Shown one piece after another: positions 8,786 through 20,486 of a DNA stretch of 64,000 nt (position 1 is its first letter; each line of letters begins with the position of its first letter). Made by a program: the position numbers and the translations under genes. The stretch is taken from NCBI GenBank assembly GCA_050253415.1, contig JBFWJC010000007.1, positions 1 to 64,000 on the forward strand, given 5' to 3'. The stretch is from Pedobacter sp. Lineage in GTDB: Bacteria; Desulfobacterota; Desulfuromonadia; Desulfuromonadales; Syntrophotaleaceae. The notes below the pieces were generated by a model. It was not told the DNA's origin and did no database searches. It worked only from the letters and a program-made list of their open reading frames with translations.

Positions 8786-9741
8786 AGAGAAAGTGGGAGA
8801 AGTTCGTTCAGACGATCGAAGACAATCTGGCGAACTTGCTCCATACTGCCTGAAACAGTCGCCCCTGCAGCATTATGATGTCCACCGCCACCAAGCTCAC
8901 GCGCAAGGGACCCTACATCAACATGCCCCTTGGATCGAAAACTGACTTTAAACAGGTCACTTTCGACCTGCCGGAAGAATAACGCGACCTCAACGCCCCG
9001 AATAGAGCGCGGATAATTAATCAGTCCGTCGGTATGTTCGGGTCCAGCTCCAGTAGCGAGAAACATTTCACTGGTAACAGTCACGGAACCAAAGCGACCA
9101 CAGGAAGAAACGGTAAGCGTATCCAAAACACGAGACAACAGCTTAACCTGCTCAACCGGATGGCTTTCGTACAGATTGCCTGCCACATGCCAAGGGGATA
9201 CGCCAGCCTCTATCATAGCCGATGCAATAGCAAAGGCTTCCGGATTGGCATTGGAATACCGAAACGAACCGGTATCGGACAAGATGGCGGTATAAATGCA
9301 GACCGCAACATCTGGCGACACCGGATGTCCTGAAGCTAGGATCACGCGATGGATCATGGCTCCGGTAGCACAGGCATCATCATCAAGGTAATTAACACTA
9401 CCAAACAGTTGAGAATGAGGGTGATGATCAATGTTAATGAGTTGAAGACAATGATCAGGAAGAAAGTCCCCGGCCCTGTCTAATTGTCCAGAGTCGAGAA
9501 TAAAACCGGCATCATAGCGATCCAGCAGGCTACGATCGCTCACAACCTGGTGAGCCCCTGGCAAAAACTGAAGTTCCTCAGGGACACCATCAACATTAAA
9601 GGCAACAGCTTGCTTTCCGATTTCACGCAGAAAGTTGACCAGGGCGAGTGTCGAGGCAATGGCATCGCCGTCAGGGTGCGCATGGGAAGCGACCACGAAA
9701 TGGTTCCCCTCCCGAATGACATTAAGGATCGCCTCAATCAT
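8782..9741 (-). CDS. nrnA: DHH/DHHA1 phosphoesterase (NrnA-like)
   Basis: [24 protein letters not shown]; start placed at 9741. Confidence 0.88.
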   Translation of the reverse strand: MIEAILNVIREGNHFVVASHAHPDGDAIASTLALVNFLREIGKQAVAFNVDGVPEELQFLPGAHQVVSDRSLLDRYDAGFILDSGQLDRAGDFLPDHCLQLINIDHHPHSQLFGSVNYLDDDACATGAMIHRVILASGHPVSPDVAVCIYTAILSDTGSFRYSNANPEAFAIASAMIEAGVSPWHVAGNLYESHPVEQVKLLSRVLDTLTVSSCGRFGSVTVTSEMFLATGAGPEHTDGLINYPRSIRGVEVALFFRQVESDLFKVSFRSKGHVDVGSLARELGGGGHHNAAGATVSGSMEQVRQIVFDRLNELLPLSL

Positions 9742-10111
9742 CACTAGACTGGTCTTCGTTCCTGATTTGATCTTCATTCAGTTGACGCAACAAACTATCG
9801 ATCCGGTTTCCGTATTCGAGTGCTTTATCAAATTCAAAAATAAGTTCAGGCACATAGCGCAAGCGCAAGCGACGTGAAAGTTCGCGCCGGATAAAGGGCT
9901 CCGCACTCTTAAGACCTCTCTGAGTATCTACACGTTGTGTCTCATCACCATAAACGGTGTAGTATACTCGCGCCAGATGCATGTCGGGAGTCACGCTGAC
10001 ACCCGTAATGGTTACAAAACCAACTCGCGGGTCCTTAAGACCCTTGAGGAGTAGCGCCGAAATTTCTTTTTGCAATTGTTCGCCGACGCGATGGGGACGT
10101 GGATGATCCAA
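9734..10111 (-). CDS. rbfA: Ribosome-binding factor A
   Basis: [25 protein letters not shown]. Confidence 0.96.
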   Translation of the reverse strand: MDHPRPHRVGEQLQKEISALLLKGLKDPRVGFVTITGVSVTPDMHLARVYYTVYGDETQRVDTQRGLKSAEPFIRRELSRRLRLRYVPELIFEFDKALEYGNRIDSLLRQLNEDQIRNEDQSSDD

Positions 10112-10120
10112 ATTATCTAC

Positions 10121-10411
10121 CTATCCGTAATGAATGAGCTCTATGTCCTGGCCGACAATCTCGGCAAGACCAATGCGCTCTACTTCTTCAATCACCTTCT
10201 GCAAAATCTGATGTGCAGAAGCTTCATTATTTTCGAGAATTGCGAATCCCAATGCAGCGCGCTGCCACAAGTTTTGATGATCAATCTCTGCGCAGCTTAT
10301 CGGAAACCTTGCCCGACAACGGCCCAGAATACTTTTGACTACCGCACGCTTTTCTTTAAGACTCTGACTCCCATGGACCAACACATCGAGCCTTAAAACC
10401 CCGATAACCAT
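10121..10411 (-). CDS. DUF503 (YlxP-like) protein
   Basis: SLKEKRAVVKS; lies between infB and rbfA. Confidence 0.85.
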   Translation of the reverse strand: MVIGVLRLDVLVHGSQSLKEKRAVVKSILGRCRARFPISCAEIDHQNLWQRAALGFAILENNEASAHQILQKVIEEVERIGLAEIVGQDIELIHYG

Positions 10412-10428
10412 GGAAGACTCCTCTATTA

Positions 10429-13284
10429 TCAAAGAGAGGTCTTAACCTCTTCCATCTCAAAAACCTCTATAATATCGCCAACTTTTATATCGTTATAGTT
10501 TTCAAGACTCAAACCGCATTCATAACCGCTTTGGACTTCGCGAGCATCATCCTTAAAGCGCTTGAGGGATGCAAGCTTCCCTTCCCAAATGACGACATGA
10601 TCGCGGATGAGGCGAACCTGAGCGTTGCGCAGGACCTTACCTTCAGTGACATAGCAACCGGCAATGGTTCCAACCTTGGAGACACTAAAGGTTTCACGAA
10701 TTTCAACCTTACCAAGAGCCTTCTCTCTCAAGGTCGGTGCAAGCAGTCCTTCCATGGCATCGCGAATATCGTTCACAGCATCGTAGATAATGTTGTAGAA
10801 ACGGATATCAACGCCTTCGACTTCAGACAAAGAAGAAGCCTTAGGTTCAGCTCGAACGTTAAAACCAATAATGATCGCGTCCGAAGCAGAAGCCAGGGAG
10901 ACGTCACTTTCAATGATCCCACCTACACCCGTATGAATTACCACCAGGCGACAGGCCTCGGTAGAAAGCTTAACGAGAGACTCTCGCACGGCTTCTACGG
11001 AACCCTGAACATCACCCTTAATGATTACCTTAAGCTCCTGGACTTCACCTTGCTGAAGTCGGGCATAAAGCTGTTCAAGGGAGATTTTACTAGTGGTAGC
11101 CAGTTCCTGCTCACGTATTTTCCGCTGCCTATGGGAGGCAATATCCTTGGCCGCTTTTTCTGTTTCTACGGCATGAAAAGTATCCCCGGCGATAGGAGTT
11201 CCGGAGAGACCCGTAACCTCTACAGGACAGGACGGACCAGCCTCTTCAAGGCGCTCCCCACGGTCATTGCTCATTGTGCGAACTCTGCCGAAATGCAAAC
11301 CTGAAACGATGGGATCACCGATACGCAGCGTACCATCCTCAACCAGAACAGTGGCCACCGGCCCACGCCCTCTATCGAGACGGGCTTCAACGATAGCGCC
11401 TTTAGCCCTCTTATTGGGGTTTGCCTTAAGATCAAGAACTTCGGCCTGAAGCAGAACCATTTCCAGCAGGCTATCGAGATTGGTGCGGTTTTTAGCTGAC
11501 ACTTCGACGAAGATTGTATCGCCGCCCCACTCCTCAGGAACCATCTCAAATTCGGTCAGTTCCTGTTTGACGCGATCAGGATTGGCGTCGGGTTTATCCA
11601 TTTTGTTGATTGCCACGACCATGGGCACGCCTGCGGCCTTGGAGTGATTTATCGCTTCCTTGGTCTGAGGCATAACACCGTCATCGGCAGCAACCACCAA
11701 TATGACAATATCAGTAACCTTGGCACCACGTGCGCGCATGGAAGTAAAAGCTTCATGGCCGGGGGTATCAAGGAATGTTATTTTTTGACCGTCAACAGTG
11801 ACGTCATAGGCTCCGATGTGCTGTGTAATGCCACCGGCTTCGCCATCAGTAACATTGGTAGTCCGTATCGCGTCAAGCAAGCTGGTTTTACCATGGTCAA
11901 CGTGCCCCATGATCGTTACCACCGGGGGCCGCGGTACAGCACCTTCGTCACTACCACCTTCTTCAATAATGCCAGCGGTATCAGCCAGAAGATTTTCTTC
12001 ATCAAAAGCGACGTTTTCGACTTCGTAGCTAAACTCCGAGGCTAAAAGAGCAGCGGTTTCAAAATCAAGAGGATGGTTAATCGTAACCATTTGGCCCTGA
12101 CGCATCAATTCGGTGATCAGATCTTTGCTCTTGACCCCCATGCGTTTGGCCAACTCGCCGACGGTAATAACATCACTAATACGAATAATTCGCTTAATCG
12201 CCTTAGAGACGGTTACTTCGGTTTTCTTCTGAACCTTGGGACCTTTTTTGCCACGGCGCAAGCGACGTTCATCACGATCAGGCTCATAGACTTCGCGGCG
12301 ACCGCGACGTGCCTTGCCACCATCTTGCACTTCTTTATCTTTATCGTGAAAGCCGCCTTTACCTTTTTTGGCCTTTTTACCACCGCGCACTTCTTTGTCA
12401 GCGGCAGGACCGCCATCATGCGGAACAACAGGTTGTGGCGCGACTTCTTTCACCCGAGGTGCTGCTGCACCGGGTGCGGGCCTGGCGGTCTTGGGCCGTT
12501 CCGGCCGTTCTGGACGCTCCGGACGACCTCGATCGGTCTTACCGCGTTCAGGTCGCTCACCACGTTCTTGACGTTTTGGAGGAGGAGCCAGTGTTGACAG
12601 CTCAACACGTCCGAGGATCTTGGCCCGATTGGCCGTAGCTTTCTCTACTTTAGGTTTATCCTTGGTCACCGAAATATCAGCCGCTTCCGGCTGCCCTTCT
12701 ATTTTATCGGCCGTTTTGGATGCTTCTAGCGTACCTTCCTTCGACTCAACATCAGCCACTGCGGATGGTTTATGTTCAACTTGGGGCTTTTCTTCGGCGA
12801 CCGGTGTGATTTCAGATTGCATTTCCGGCGCGGAGGGTGCCGGCGATTCAGGCGTTTTTTCTTGTACCGCCTCGACTATTTCTTCAGGCTCAACCACTGC
12901 GATTGTTTCAACCACAGCTTCCTGCGCAGAAACGGCAGGCTGCTGGTCCTCAGCAGGAACTTCGGGCTGTTTTTCTTTCACGGAAGACTCTTCAACGGGA
13001 GTAGCCTCGTCAGCACTGACCTCTTCTTCAGCCGCGGGGGGGAGCGACTGCTCAACCGAGGGGACTTCCTTGCGACGACGCCGAATGACTCCAGCAGTTA
13101 TGCGCTGTTCTTCTACACGTTCGACTTTGGCAGGTGCGCCTTCGAATCTCTCCAGGTCTTCTTCGCTCAGCACACTCATATGACTTTTGACATCAATGCC
13201 GGCTTCGTGAAGCTTTTCCAACAACACCTTATTATCCAGTTCCATTTGTTGCGCTAACTCGTATACCCGTATTTTTTTACCCAT
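10429..13284 (-). CDS. infB: Translation initiation factor IF-2
   Basis: [17 protein letters not shown]; long low-complexity N-terminal region. Confidence 0.98.
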   Translation of the reverse strand: MGKKIRVYELAQQMELDNKVLLEKLHEAGIDVKSHMSVLSEEDLERFEGAPAKVERVEEQRITAGVIRRRRKEVPSVEQSLPPAAEEEVSADEATPVEESSVKEKQPEVPAEDQQPAVSAQEAVVETIAVVEPEEIVEAVQEKTPESPAPSAPEMQSEITPVAEEKPQVEHKPSAVADVESKEGTLEASKTADKIEGQPEAADISVTKDKPKVEKATANRAKILGRVELSTLAPPPKRQERGERPERGKTDRGRPERPERPERPKTARPAPGAAAPRVKEVAPQPVVPHDGGPAADKEVRGGKKAKKGKGGFHDKDKEVQDGGKARRGRREVYEPDRDERRLRRGKKGPKVQKKTEVTVSKAIKRIIRISDVITVGELAKRMGVKSKDLITELMRQGQMVTINHPLDFETAALLASEFSYEVENVAFDEENLLADTAGIIEEGGSDEGAVPRPPVVTIMGHVDHGKTSLLDAIRTTNVTDGEAGGITQHIGAYDVTVDGQKITFLDTPGHEAFTSMRARGAKVTDIVILVVAADDGVMPQTKEAINHSKAAGVPMVVAINKMDKPDANPDRVKQELTEFEMVPEEWGGDTIFVEVSAKNRTNLDSLLEMVLLQAEVLDLKANPNKRAKGAIVEARLDRGRGPVATVLVEDGTLRIGDPIVSGLHFGRVRTMSNDRGERLEEAGPSCPVEVTGLSGTPIAGDTFHAVETEKAAKDIASHRQRKIREQELATTSKISLEQLYARLQQGEVQELKVIIKGDVQGSVEAVRESLVKLSTEACRLVVIHTGVGGIIESDVSLASASDAIIIGFNVRAEPKASSLSEVEGVDIRFYNIIYDAVNDIRDAMEGLLAPTLREKALGKVEIRETFSVSKVGTIAGCYVTEGKVLRNAQVRLIRDHVVIWEGKLASLKRFKDDAREVQSGYECGLSLENYNDIKVGDIIEVFEMEEVKTSL

Positions 13285-13924
13285 TAAACTCCCCCGCGAA
13301 TTTGCTCAACCGTTCCAATTCATTCTTAATCGCAACGGCTAGCGAACCATATTTTAACGCGACCACGCCGCGTTCAGACTTACCAAGCAGGCTTCCGAGA
13401 AGCTCCTTGCTAAAAACAGGAAAACAAGCCACGTTACTGCGGTCAGCAGCCCTGTCTACCTTTTCGGCAATAGCCGGCGAAAGGTCAGCTGCTCTTACCA
13501 ATAACCCGAACTCTTTTCCGCCCTGCAACTCAGTCAACACTTGACGCGTACCGGAAACAACCTGCCCGGCCTTGCGGGCCATGCCAATCAAGTCTAATGC
13601 TTTGCATTGAGCCTGGTCGTGCAACACTCGCCAAAGCTCACTTGCAGTTGGCCTATCCCCCCCTCGGAGAGAACGACATAAATGCCCGCGCTTAACGGCT
13701 GACTCAATGCACTCCAAATCAAAGCAGGTATATACGCCGCGACCGGGTAACTTCTTCCGATAATCAACGACAACTTCACCTTGCGGGCTCAGAACATACC
13801 GTACCAAAAGATCTTGGTCAAGGGACTTCCTGCAACCGACGCAGGTACGCTGAGGGCCGTGTTTATCATCGTTGCCCTGATCAGATTGATGGATCTTCGA
13901 TCGGGCCTTCTTCATTTGAATCAC
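13277..13924 (-). CDS. YlxR (DUF448)-L7Ae fusion RNA-binding protein
   Basis: PQRTCVGC...PGRGVY, then [14 protein letters not shown]...[11 protein letters not shown]. Confidence 0.85.
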   Translation of the reverse strand: MIQMKKARSKIHQSDQGNDDKHGPQRTCVGCRKSLDQDLLVRYVLSPQGEVVVDYRKKLPGRGVYTCFDLECIESAVKRGHLCRSLRGGDRPTASELWRVLHDQAQCKALDLIGMARKAGQVVSGTRQVLTELQGGKEFGLLVRAADLSPAIAEKVDRAADRSNVACFPVFSKELLGSLLGKSERGVVALKYGSLAVAIKNELERLSKFAGEFNG

Positions 13925-15101
13925 ATTCCTCCGTCAGCTCAGTTGCCACATCCGACAAAGGCTCAGATTCAACACCTGCCTCATCGGCAATTCCGGCTGC
14001 GTCACTCGTATTATCGGATGCAACATCAGCGACTGAATCAGACAGGCCCAAGGCCTCTTTCGCAGCTTCCGCGGCGCGAGATTCACTCTTTATATCAATA
14101 TTCCAACCGGTAAGCTTAGCCGCCAAACGAACGTTTTGCCCTTTCTTGCCGATTGCTAAGGAAAGTTGATCATCGGGAACAATAACCTCAAGAGCCTGTT
14201 CATCATTATCCAGATAAATCTTGGTAACTTCTGCAGGCGCAAGAGAGGCACAGACAAACCGACCAACATCAGGCGACCACGGAACAATATCGATTTTCTC
14301 ACCACGCAATTCAGAGACAACGTTCTGTACGCGAGAACCACGCATACCAACGCATGCTCCGACAGGATCAACATCCGGATCGTAGGATGCCACGGCGATC
14401 TTGGTCCGGCTACCGGCTTCACGAGCTACGGCTTTTATTTCAACGATTCCCTCAGCGATCTCCGGGACTTCGAATTGAAAAAGAGAAGCGACCAGACCGG
14501 GATGAGTTCTCGACAAAATTATCTGAGGACCTTTGGTAGAGATCTTAACCTCGGAAATAAGTACGCGTGCCCGGTCTCCCTGACGGTAGTTTTCGCGGGA
14601 AACCTGCTCACGATGAGGCAATAGCCCTTCGGTCAAGCCAAGATCGACAATCAAATCACCACGCTCATAGCGTCGCACGATACCATTAACAAGCTCCCCA
14701 ACACGGCCCTTGAACTCGTTATAGATTTTTTCGCGCTCTGCCTCACGAACCTTCTGAATAATGACCTGCTTAGCGGTCTGGGCAGCAATACGGCTGAAAT
14801 TACCACTTTCGATCTTCATGCCGAGCGAATCACCGACCTCGACATCTTCGTCGATTTCGCGGGCTTCCTCAAGGTCGATCTCTTTGTAGGAATCAACCAC
14901 CTCATCGACAACGGTAACGAACTCAAACAGCTCAACTTCACCCAACTCGTCATTGAAGTGTGCTTCAAGGTCGCGGGTATTCCGGTATTTCTTATTGGCT
15001 GCAGAAAGCACGGCAGATTCAAGGGCTTCAACTAAAACCCCACGATCTATGCCCTTTTCCTTGACGACTTGTTCGATGATATGGTTAAGATTTACCAACA
15101 T
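13881..15101 (-). CDS. nusA: Transcription elongation factor NusA
   Basis: RIAAQTAKQV; S1 and KH domains; AIGKKGQNVRLA. Confidence 0.98.
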   Translation of the reverse strand: MLVNLNHIIEQVVKEKGIDRGVLVEALESAVLSAANKKYRNTRDLEAHFNDELGEVELFEFVTVVDEVVDSYKEIDLEEAREIDEDVEVGDSLGMKIESGNFSRIAAQTAKQVIIQKVREAEREKIYNEFKGRVGELVNGIVRRYERGDLIVDLGLTEGLLPHREQVSRENYRQGDRARVLISEVKISTKGPQIILSRTHPGLVASLFQFEVPEIAEGIVEIKAVAREAGSRTKIAVASYDPDVDPVGACVGMRGSRVQNVVSELRGEKIDIVPWSPDVGRFVCASLAPAEVTKIYLDNDEQALEVIVPDDQLSLAIGKKGQNVRLAAKLTGWNIDIKSESRAAEAAKEALGLSDSVADVASDNTSDAAGIADEAGVESEPLSDVATELTEECDSNEEGPIEDPSI

Positions 15102-15183
15102 CTAAATCCCCCTCGATGCTTTTTATAATCCGCAACCTGAAACCAGGCAGCGGCCTATTTCGATAACGCTTACCAGCGTTAAA

Positions 15184-15672
15184 TCAGAATTCAATTTCCA
15201 GATTGGCTTTTTCGATATCTTCGAGAGGCAGTTCAACCCGAAAACCATTTTTTTCTTTCAACTCGATAATCACCTTGCCATCACGTAGACCTTCAAGAGC
15301 TCCGGTAAAGGTTTTACGTCCTCGCCCCTTCCCATCGATATCGATGGGAACGCGCGTCTTCACCTTAACCATGCGTCCGGAAAAGCGCTCGTAATCGCTA
15401 GCCTTGGTCAACGGCCGATCGAGACCAGGCGATGAGACCTCTAAATTATAGGCTGGTTCAATCAGGTCTTCAACCTCAAGGAGAACACTGACTTCACGGC
15501 TGACTTCAGCGCATGTATCCAGGGTAATTCCACCAGGCTGATCAATAAAAAGCCGAAGAACCCAACCTTGCCCTTCTCTCTGGTATTCAAGGTCCACAAG
15601 CTCACAATCCTTATCATCGAGGACAGGAAGCACAAGGGCCCGAACTTTTTCCAGAACTGTATTTTGCTTCAT
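15184..15672 (-). CDS. rimP: Ribosome maturation factor RimP
   Basis: YNLEVSSPGLDRPL; start placed at 15672. Confidence 0.96.
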   Translation of the reverse strand: MKQNTVLEKVRALVLPVLDDKDCELVDLEYQREGQGWVLRLFIDQPGGITLDTCAEVSREVSVLLEVEDLIEPAYNLEVSSPGLDRPLTKASDYERFSGRMVKVKTRVPIDIDGKGRGRKTFTGALEGLRDGKVIIELKEKNGFRVELPLEDIEKANLEIEF

Positions 15673-15696
15673 ACAAAAACTTTCGCTGCTTGAAAT

Positions 15697-15724
15697 AAAA
15701 AAAGTGAGCTTAAAGCCCACTTTT
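15697..15724 (-). promoter_or_regulatory. Terminator-like hairpin in the rimP-nusA leader
   Basis: AAAAGTGGGC-TTTAA-GCTCACTTTTTTT on the minus strand; candidate promoter TTGCGT-N17-TAACAA at 15751-15779. Confidence 0.55.
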
Positions 15725-15838
15725 CCGTAGTGAACGAACCTGACAGCTGATTGTTACCACGAAGTATCGAATAACGCAAGAAAAAAATAATTTTCAACCA
15801 CTTGCAAGACCTTAGGTTTGCTGGGCTAAATGTTGTTA

Positions 15839-17134
15839 TCAGACTCTTTCGAGCAAGGTGATACTTTCCGTGTGATGCGTCTGAGGAAAAAGATCAAAAG
15901 GCCGCGACCAGATAAGCCGGTATCCGTTGTTCAACAATACCTGCAAATCTCGCACAAGAGTAGGTGGATCGCAGGAAACATACAGTATTTTGGCCGGACG
16001 CACGGCAACCAACTCTCGGGCCACGTCATAAGCACCGCTTCGCGGTGGGTCGAGAATGACAAGGTCGAGAGGCAAATCGCTACCATAGAGGGTCGCGGCG
16101 CCATAAGCTTCCCTGGCGAAAAAGGCTGCGTTGCCGACCTCATTAAGCCGAGCGTTAAGTCGCGCCATCTCGATACTCTGCGGATAAGCTTCCACTCCGA
16201 TCACTTCTTGCGCCAGACGAGCCACGGGCAGACTGAAGTTGCCCATTCCACAAAAAAGATCCAGCACCCGGCTAGGCGGGTTGGAAATCAAAGCGCCTAT
16301 GACTTCACGGACCATGGCACGATTCTGAGGCAAGTTGATCTGGGCAAACCCACCAGGACCATAGCCGAGACGAAGAACAGGGCTGTCAACCTCGACAATT
16401 AACTCGAGAGGTCCGCATACATGCGATGGCGTTGATTTGCGATCCGATTGAACAAAAACGGCGACCCCTGAACCCATGGCCAGTGGTTTCAGATGGGCGA
16501 CAAAATCGTCTACGTCAGAGATAAGGCCATGAATGACGGCTCGCACACGGTCTTGGTCATCAACCGCAAGATCGATTTGCGGGACCCGCTTTGCCCACCG
16601 GGTATTTGAAATCCATTGGCGAAGCAGATCCTTGGCGTGGTTCAATGCCGGATGCATAATTGGACAGCTCGAAACCGGTATGACGTTATGACTGCCGCGT
16701 CGATAAAATCCGATTTGAAACCCTTTCGACGTATCGACACATTTAAATTGAACCCGGCTTCGATAGCCCCATTGTTCAGGAGACGGAACAATCGGCAACA
16801 CTGCTTCAGGCGCCACACCCAGCTTACGTACCAGAAAGTCCTTATAAATCCGTTCCTTCCATACACACTGTTCCGAATAGGAAAGATGCTGCCATTGACA
16901 CCCCCCACATTTGCCGAATAACGGGCAAGCAGGCGCTATTCGAACCCCCGAAGAAACCAGCAACTGCTCAACTTGCGCTTCGGCAAAGCGTTTCTTTTGC
17001 CTGGAAACAACGCATCGCACCCGATCGCCTGGCGCGACAAGGGGAACAAACACCACTTTTCCATCGTGATGTCCAATACCACTGCCACCGTACGCCAGAG
17101 ATTCAATCAGCAGATCATCTATATACTCAGCCAT
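15839..17134 (-). CDS. rlmD: 23S rRNA (uracil-5)-methyltransferase, RlmD-like
   Basis: TRAM domain; C..F..CGGC Fe-S motif; LDPPRSG, YVSCDP, DLFPQTHHTE. Confidence 0.9.
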   Translation of the reverse strand: MAEYIDDLLIESLAYGGSGIGHHDGKVVFVPLVAPGDRVRCVVSRQKKRFAEAQVEQLLVSSGVRIAPACPLFGKCGGCQWQHLSYSEQCVWKERIYKDFLVRKLGVAPEAVLPIVPSPEQWGYRSRVQFKCVDTSKGFQIGFYRRGSHNVIPVSSCPIMHPALNHAKDLLRQWISNTRWAKRVPQIDLAVDDQDRVRAVIHGLISDVDDFVAHLKPLAMGSGVAVFVQSDRKSTPSHVCGPLELIVEVDSPVLRLGYGPGGFAQINLPQNRAMVREVIGALISNPPSRVLDLFCGMGNFSLPVARLAQEVIGVEAYPQSIEMARLNARLNEVGNAAFFAREAYGAATLYGSDLPLDLVILDPPRSGAYDVARELVAVRPAKILYVSCDPPTLVRDLQVLLNNGYRLIWSRPFDLFPQTHHTESITLLERV

Positions 17135-17143
17135 CTGATACGG

Positions 17144-17878
17144 CTACCCTTCTTTACGCTGGCTGTAAAGCCAGTCCAAGCGACTCCACAGCCCTCTCAA
17201 GATACGCACTTCACGATCATTGAGGCCGGCACGACCGAAAATCCGGCGGAAACTGCGCAGAATATGATCCGGATTCTGAGGATCAAGAAAACCGATATCC
17301 GTAAGAGTGGATCGCATATGCTGATACATCCCCTCCAGCACATCGATGGAAGAGGTTTTCTTTCTGCCGGAGGTTTTGCCGCTGGATGCAGCGCGGACCC
17401 GGGCGGTTTCATACAGACAGATGGAAACTGACTGTGCCAGATTCATCGATGGACAAGCATCATCAGTGGGGATGGTAACAAAACGTTGACAAAGATCAAG
17501 CTCTGCAGTTTCCAGCCCCTTGTCTTCCCGACCAAAAACCCACGCCACCCTGCCCTCTTTCGTAACGGGGGCAAATTCCCTGGCAGCATCATCGGGATGA
17601 AGAAAATCCTCACGGTATTTGCCGAATCGACGGGTTGTTCCGAAGGCCAGACTGCAATCGGCCAGCGCTGACTGCAAGTCTGGATATATACGAGCATTTT
17701 CGAGAAGCGAAAATGCCTTGACCGCCATCCTGCGCGCATCGTCGCTCAAATGATCGGCTACCGGATTAACCAGACGCAATTCGGAAAACCCGAAATTCAT
17801 CATGGCTCGACATACGGAACCTATATTTAGTGGACCCTGAGGTTCGACGAGAACCACGCAGAGATTGTCAGAGTTCAT
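17144..17878 (-). CDS. trmJ: TrmJ/LasT family SPOUT methyltransferase
   Basis: NIGSVCRAMMNFG, FGREDKGL, SMNLAQSV. Confidence 0.88.
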   Translation of the reverse strand: MNSDNLCVVLVEPQGPLNIGSVCRAMMNFGFSELRLVNPVADHLSDDARRMAVKAFSLLENARIYPDLQSALADCSLAFGTTRRFGKYREDFLHPDDAAREFAPVTKEGRVAWVFGREDKGLETAELDLCQRFVTIPTDDACPSMNLAQSVSICLYETARVRAASSGKTSGRKKTSSIDVLEGMYQHMRSTLTDIGFLDPQNPDHILRSFRRIFGRAGLNDREVRILRGLWSRLDWLYSQRKEG

Positions 17879-17928
17879 AACCGGTATTTCCTTTATCCTT
17901 AATTAATTGCAAGCATGCGAATTCGTTT

Positions 17929-18744
17929 TCAGCCTAGAGATCCCAAAGCGTATTGCAAGAGACTGACGCCAGCGATGGCAGCAGTTTCAGTACGCAGAAT
18001 TCGCTGGCCGAGAGTAACAGGTTGAACCCCGGTGGCGGCGGCCTGCTGTGTTTCCATAAGGGAAAAACCTCCTTCAGGACCAACAATAAGCGCAACGCTT
18101 GAAATTCCTGGCCGTTGCAGAGCATCGCGCAATCGCAGGGTCGTTTCCCCTTCGTAAAACATAACGTTCAGATCCCAGCAGGTGGTTTCCTCAAGGACCT
18201 CCTCAAAGGTCATGACGGGTCCCAATTCGGGAATATCCGGCCTACGGCACTGTTTAGCGGCCCGCTTAACAATTTCGGGCCAACGATGAGATTTACGTTG
18301 TTTGGAGTCGCGCGCTTCCGGAGTCGTAGAGCGTGATGACACAAAGGGGACGATACGATCGGCCCCTAACTCCACTGCTTTTTCCAACACAAGCTCGAAG
18401 CGTTCTCTCTCCGGCAAAGCTTGATAAAGAACCACGGGAACCGCTGGCACCAGGTTTGATGTGAGAACTTCAAACGGCACCACCTCACCGGGCCCCAAAA
18501 GTCGTGCGCGAAAAACTATGTCCAGTTGATCGACAACAGTCAGAATCGAACCCGGTCGATACCCCCAAAAGGACAAGGCCCTGACCGCTTTGGGCGGCAG
18601 GGCCACTTCCCTTTCGATAACGGCTGTCTGGTCAAGCCGCACGATACTCTGGAGGCCGCCTCCGTTAACGCATGGCAACCTCAAAACCTGTCTCCCGAAA
18701 GTAAGCAAAACGCTTGCGCGCTGCGACCAATAGTTGCGGATCAT
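17929..18744 (-). CDS. rsmE: 16S rRNA m3U1498 methyltransferase (true start uncertain, probably downstream of 18665)
   Basis: KAVELG, IVGPEGGFS, LGQRILRTETA. Confidence 0.85.
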   Translation of the reverse strand: MIRNYWSQRASVLLTFGRQVLRLPCVNGGGLQSIVRLDQTAVIEREVALPPKAVRALSFWGYRPGSILTVVDQLDIVFRARLLGPGEVVPFEVLTSNLVPAVPVVLYQALPERERFELVLEKAVELGADRIVPFVSSRSTTPEARDSKQRKSHRWPEIVKRAAKQCRRPDIPELGPVMTFEEVLEETTCWDLNVMFYEGETTLRLRDALQRPGISSVALIVGPEGGFSLMETQQAAATGVQPVTLGQRILRTETAAIAGVSLLQYALGSLG

Positions 18745-19099
18745 AAACTTCTACAAAGTCGATAGCCAGATCAAACTGACGAATAAATTCCGCCGAGCAG
18801 GGTTTGCCCATAATCAGAACCTTTGCGCCATTCGGATTACGCTCTTCAACCTCGATGATAACAGGCTCGTCCAAGCACTCAACGGCACCGTTGTCGTAGA
18901 CGTGAGGGATGAACGCTCCTTTTTTCCAGGTCCACATGAAACGATCGAGGGTCACTCCCTGGTTGTCATCACACACCATAACGACAACCCGCTGACCTTG
19001 CATAAAAAAGTCCTCGGCAAAATCGCATAGATGTTTGGCTTTTTCAGGGCGCTTGATCTTAACGAATTCAACCCGCGTCATGCTATCGATGCCTTGCAT
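18665..19099 (-). CDS. holC: DNA polymerase III chi subunit
   Basis: LDRFMWTWKKGAFIPH and ARKRFAYFRETG match HolC motifs. Confidence 0.8.
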   Translation of the reverse strand: MQGIDSMTRVEFVKIKRPEKAKHLCDFAEDFFMQGQRVVVMVCDDNQGVTLDRFMWTWKKGAFIPHVYDNGAVECLDEPVIIEVEERNPNGAKVLIMGKPCSAEFIRQFDLAIDFVEVYDPQLLVAARKRFAYFRETGFEVAMR

Positions 19100-19120
19100 T
19101 TATTCAAAACGTTTTCAACT

Positions 19121-19693
19121 TCAGGCTACTGCCTTACGGGCGTATTCAGCACCACAATCCAAAGCCAGAATGTTCCCAGGAATGAACCCTTTATTACGCT
19201 CGGGCAATATACTATCGAGTCCGGACTTCAAACTATCCATAGAAACCACACCGGTATGCGCGGCATAAGCACCAAGAATGACCATGTTTACCAATCGCGC
19301 GTTACCGAGTTCAGCTGCCATCTCATTAGCCGGAATAGCAAGCTTTTGAATGTTCGCTTCAAGCTGTGGCACCTCTTCGACAAGGCAGGAGTTATAGATG
19401 CAAAGACCGCCCGAGGCAATACGTTTAAAATATTTATCCATGGCAAGCTGATTAAAAAGCAGCATGGAGTCGGGATGCCCCATAACCGGGGAACCGATTT
19501 CCTCCCCTGAAACGATCACGGTGCAAGTGGCAGCCCCCCCACGTTTTTCGGGGCCGTAAGCAGGAAAATAGGTTGCGTTTTTATTTTCCAGAATTGCAGC
19601 ACACGCCAACAGGTTACCAATGAGCAAAATACCCTGCCCACCATACCCGGCCATAAAAACGTTATCGCTCATTACGTCAAGTCCATTTCGCAA
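19121..19693 (-). CDS. 2-oxoacid:ferredoxin oxidoreductase gamma subunit
   Basis: AGYGGQG, YGPEKRGG, NMVILGA. Confidence 0.92.
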   Translation of the reverse strand: MRNGLDVMSDNVFMAGYGGQGILLIGNLLACAAILENKNATYFPAYGPEKRGGAATCTVIVSGEEIGSPVMGHPDSMLLFNQLAMDKYFKRIASGGLCIYNSCLVEEVPQLEANIQKLAIPANEMAAELGNARLVNMVILGAYAAHTGVVSMDSLKSGLDSILPERNKGFIPGNILALDCGAEYARKAVA

Positions 19694-19725
19694 ACAGTTT
19701 TAAATTTAAAACCAGAAGCCGGATC

Positions 19726-20484
19726 TCACCCTGAAGTCGTGATGTCCTTATAAACGCCTAGCGGGAAGAAGTCCATCAATTCCTTACCGACACGTTTATT
19801 GGCTTCGATCGCGGACATGCCCCAGTTGGTCGGGCATGCACCCAAAACCTCCACAAAGGCAAACCCTTGTTTTTTGACTTGCATTTCAAAAGCCTTAAGA
19901 ATCGTGCGTCCAGCCTCCATAACACGCTTAGGAGTATCGACGGCGACCCGGGCAGAGAAAGCCGTTCCGTCAAGCATGGCAAGCAATTCAGCCATACGAA
20001 TGGGATGTCCCTCTTTAGCCACATCGCGACCATAAGGTGAAGTCGTGGTGACCTGTCCCGGCAGAGTCGTTGGAGCCATCTGTCCGCCAGTCATACCGTA
20101 GGTCGTGTTGTTAAGAAAAATGACCGTCAGCAACTCACCACGGTTGGCAGCATGAATGATCTCAGCGGTACCGATAGCTGCCAGGTCACCGTCGCCCTGA
20201 TAGGTAAAAACAACGCTGTCCGGATGGACGCGTTTCACACCCGTACCAACGGCGGGAGCACGTCCATGAGGGGCTTCCACGACATCGATATCGAAGTAGT
20301 CATAGAGCAAAACGCTGCAACCGACAGAACCGATACCGATAGTTTGCTGTTGCACATCGAGCAGGTCGATAGCTTCAGCAACCAGGCGATGCACGGTACC
20401 GTGATGACAGCCGGCACAATAGTGAGTAGGGACCTCTTTTAATGACGAGGGGCGCTGAAAAACCGTCTGGATGTTAGGAGCCAT
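19726..20484 (-). CDS. 2-oxoacid:ferredoxin oxidoreductase beta (TPP-binding) subunit
   Basis: YCAGCHHG, GDGD...NN, YGMTGGQ. Confidence 0.92.
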   Translation of the reverse strand: MAPNIQTVFQRPSSLKEVPTHYCAGCHHGTVHRLVAEAIDLLDVQQQTIGIGSVGCSVLLYDYFDIDVVEAPHGRAPAVGTGVKRVHPDSVVFTYQGDGDLAAIGTAEIIHAANRGELLTVIFLNNTTYGMTGGQMAPTTLPGQVTTTSPYGRDVAKEGHPIRMAELLAMLDGTAFSARVAVDTPKRVMEAGRTILKAFEMQVKKQGFAFVEVLGACPTNWGMSAIEANKRVGKELMDFFPLGVYKDITTSG

Positions 20485-20486
20485 GA

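Noticed and set aside
12480..12580. PERPERP repeats in IF-2
   Set aside because: Ordinary low-complexity IF-2 linker, not a DNA repeat array.
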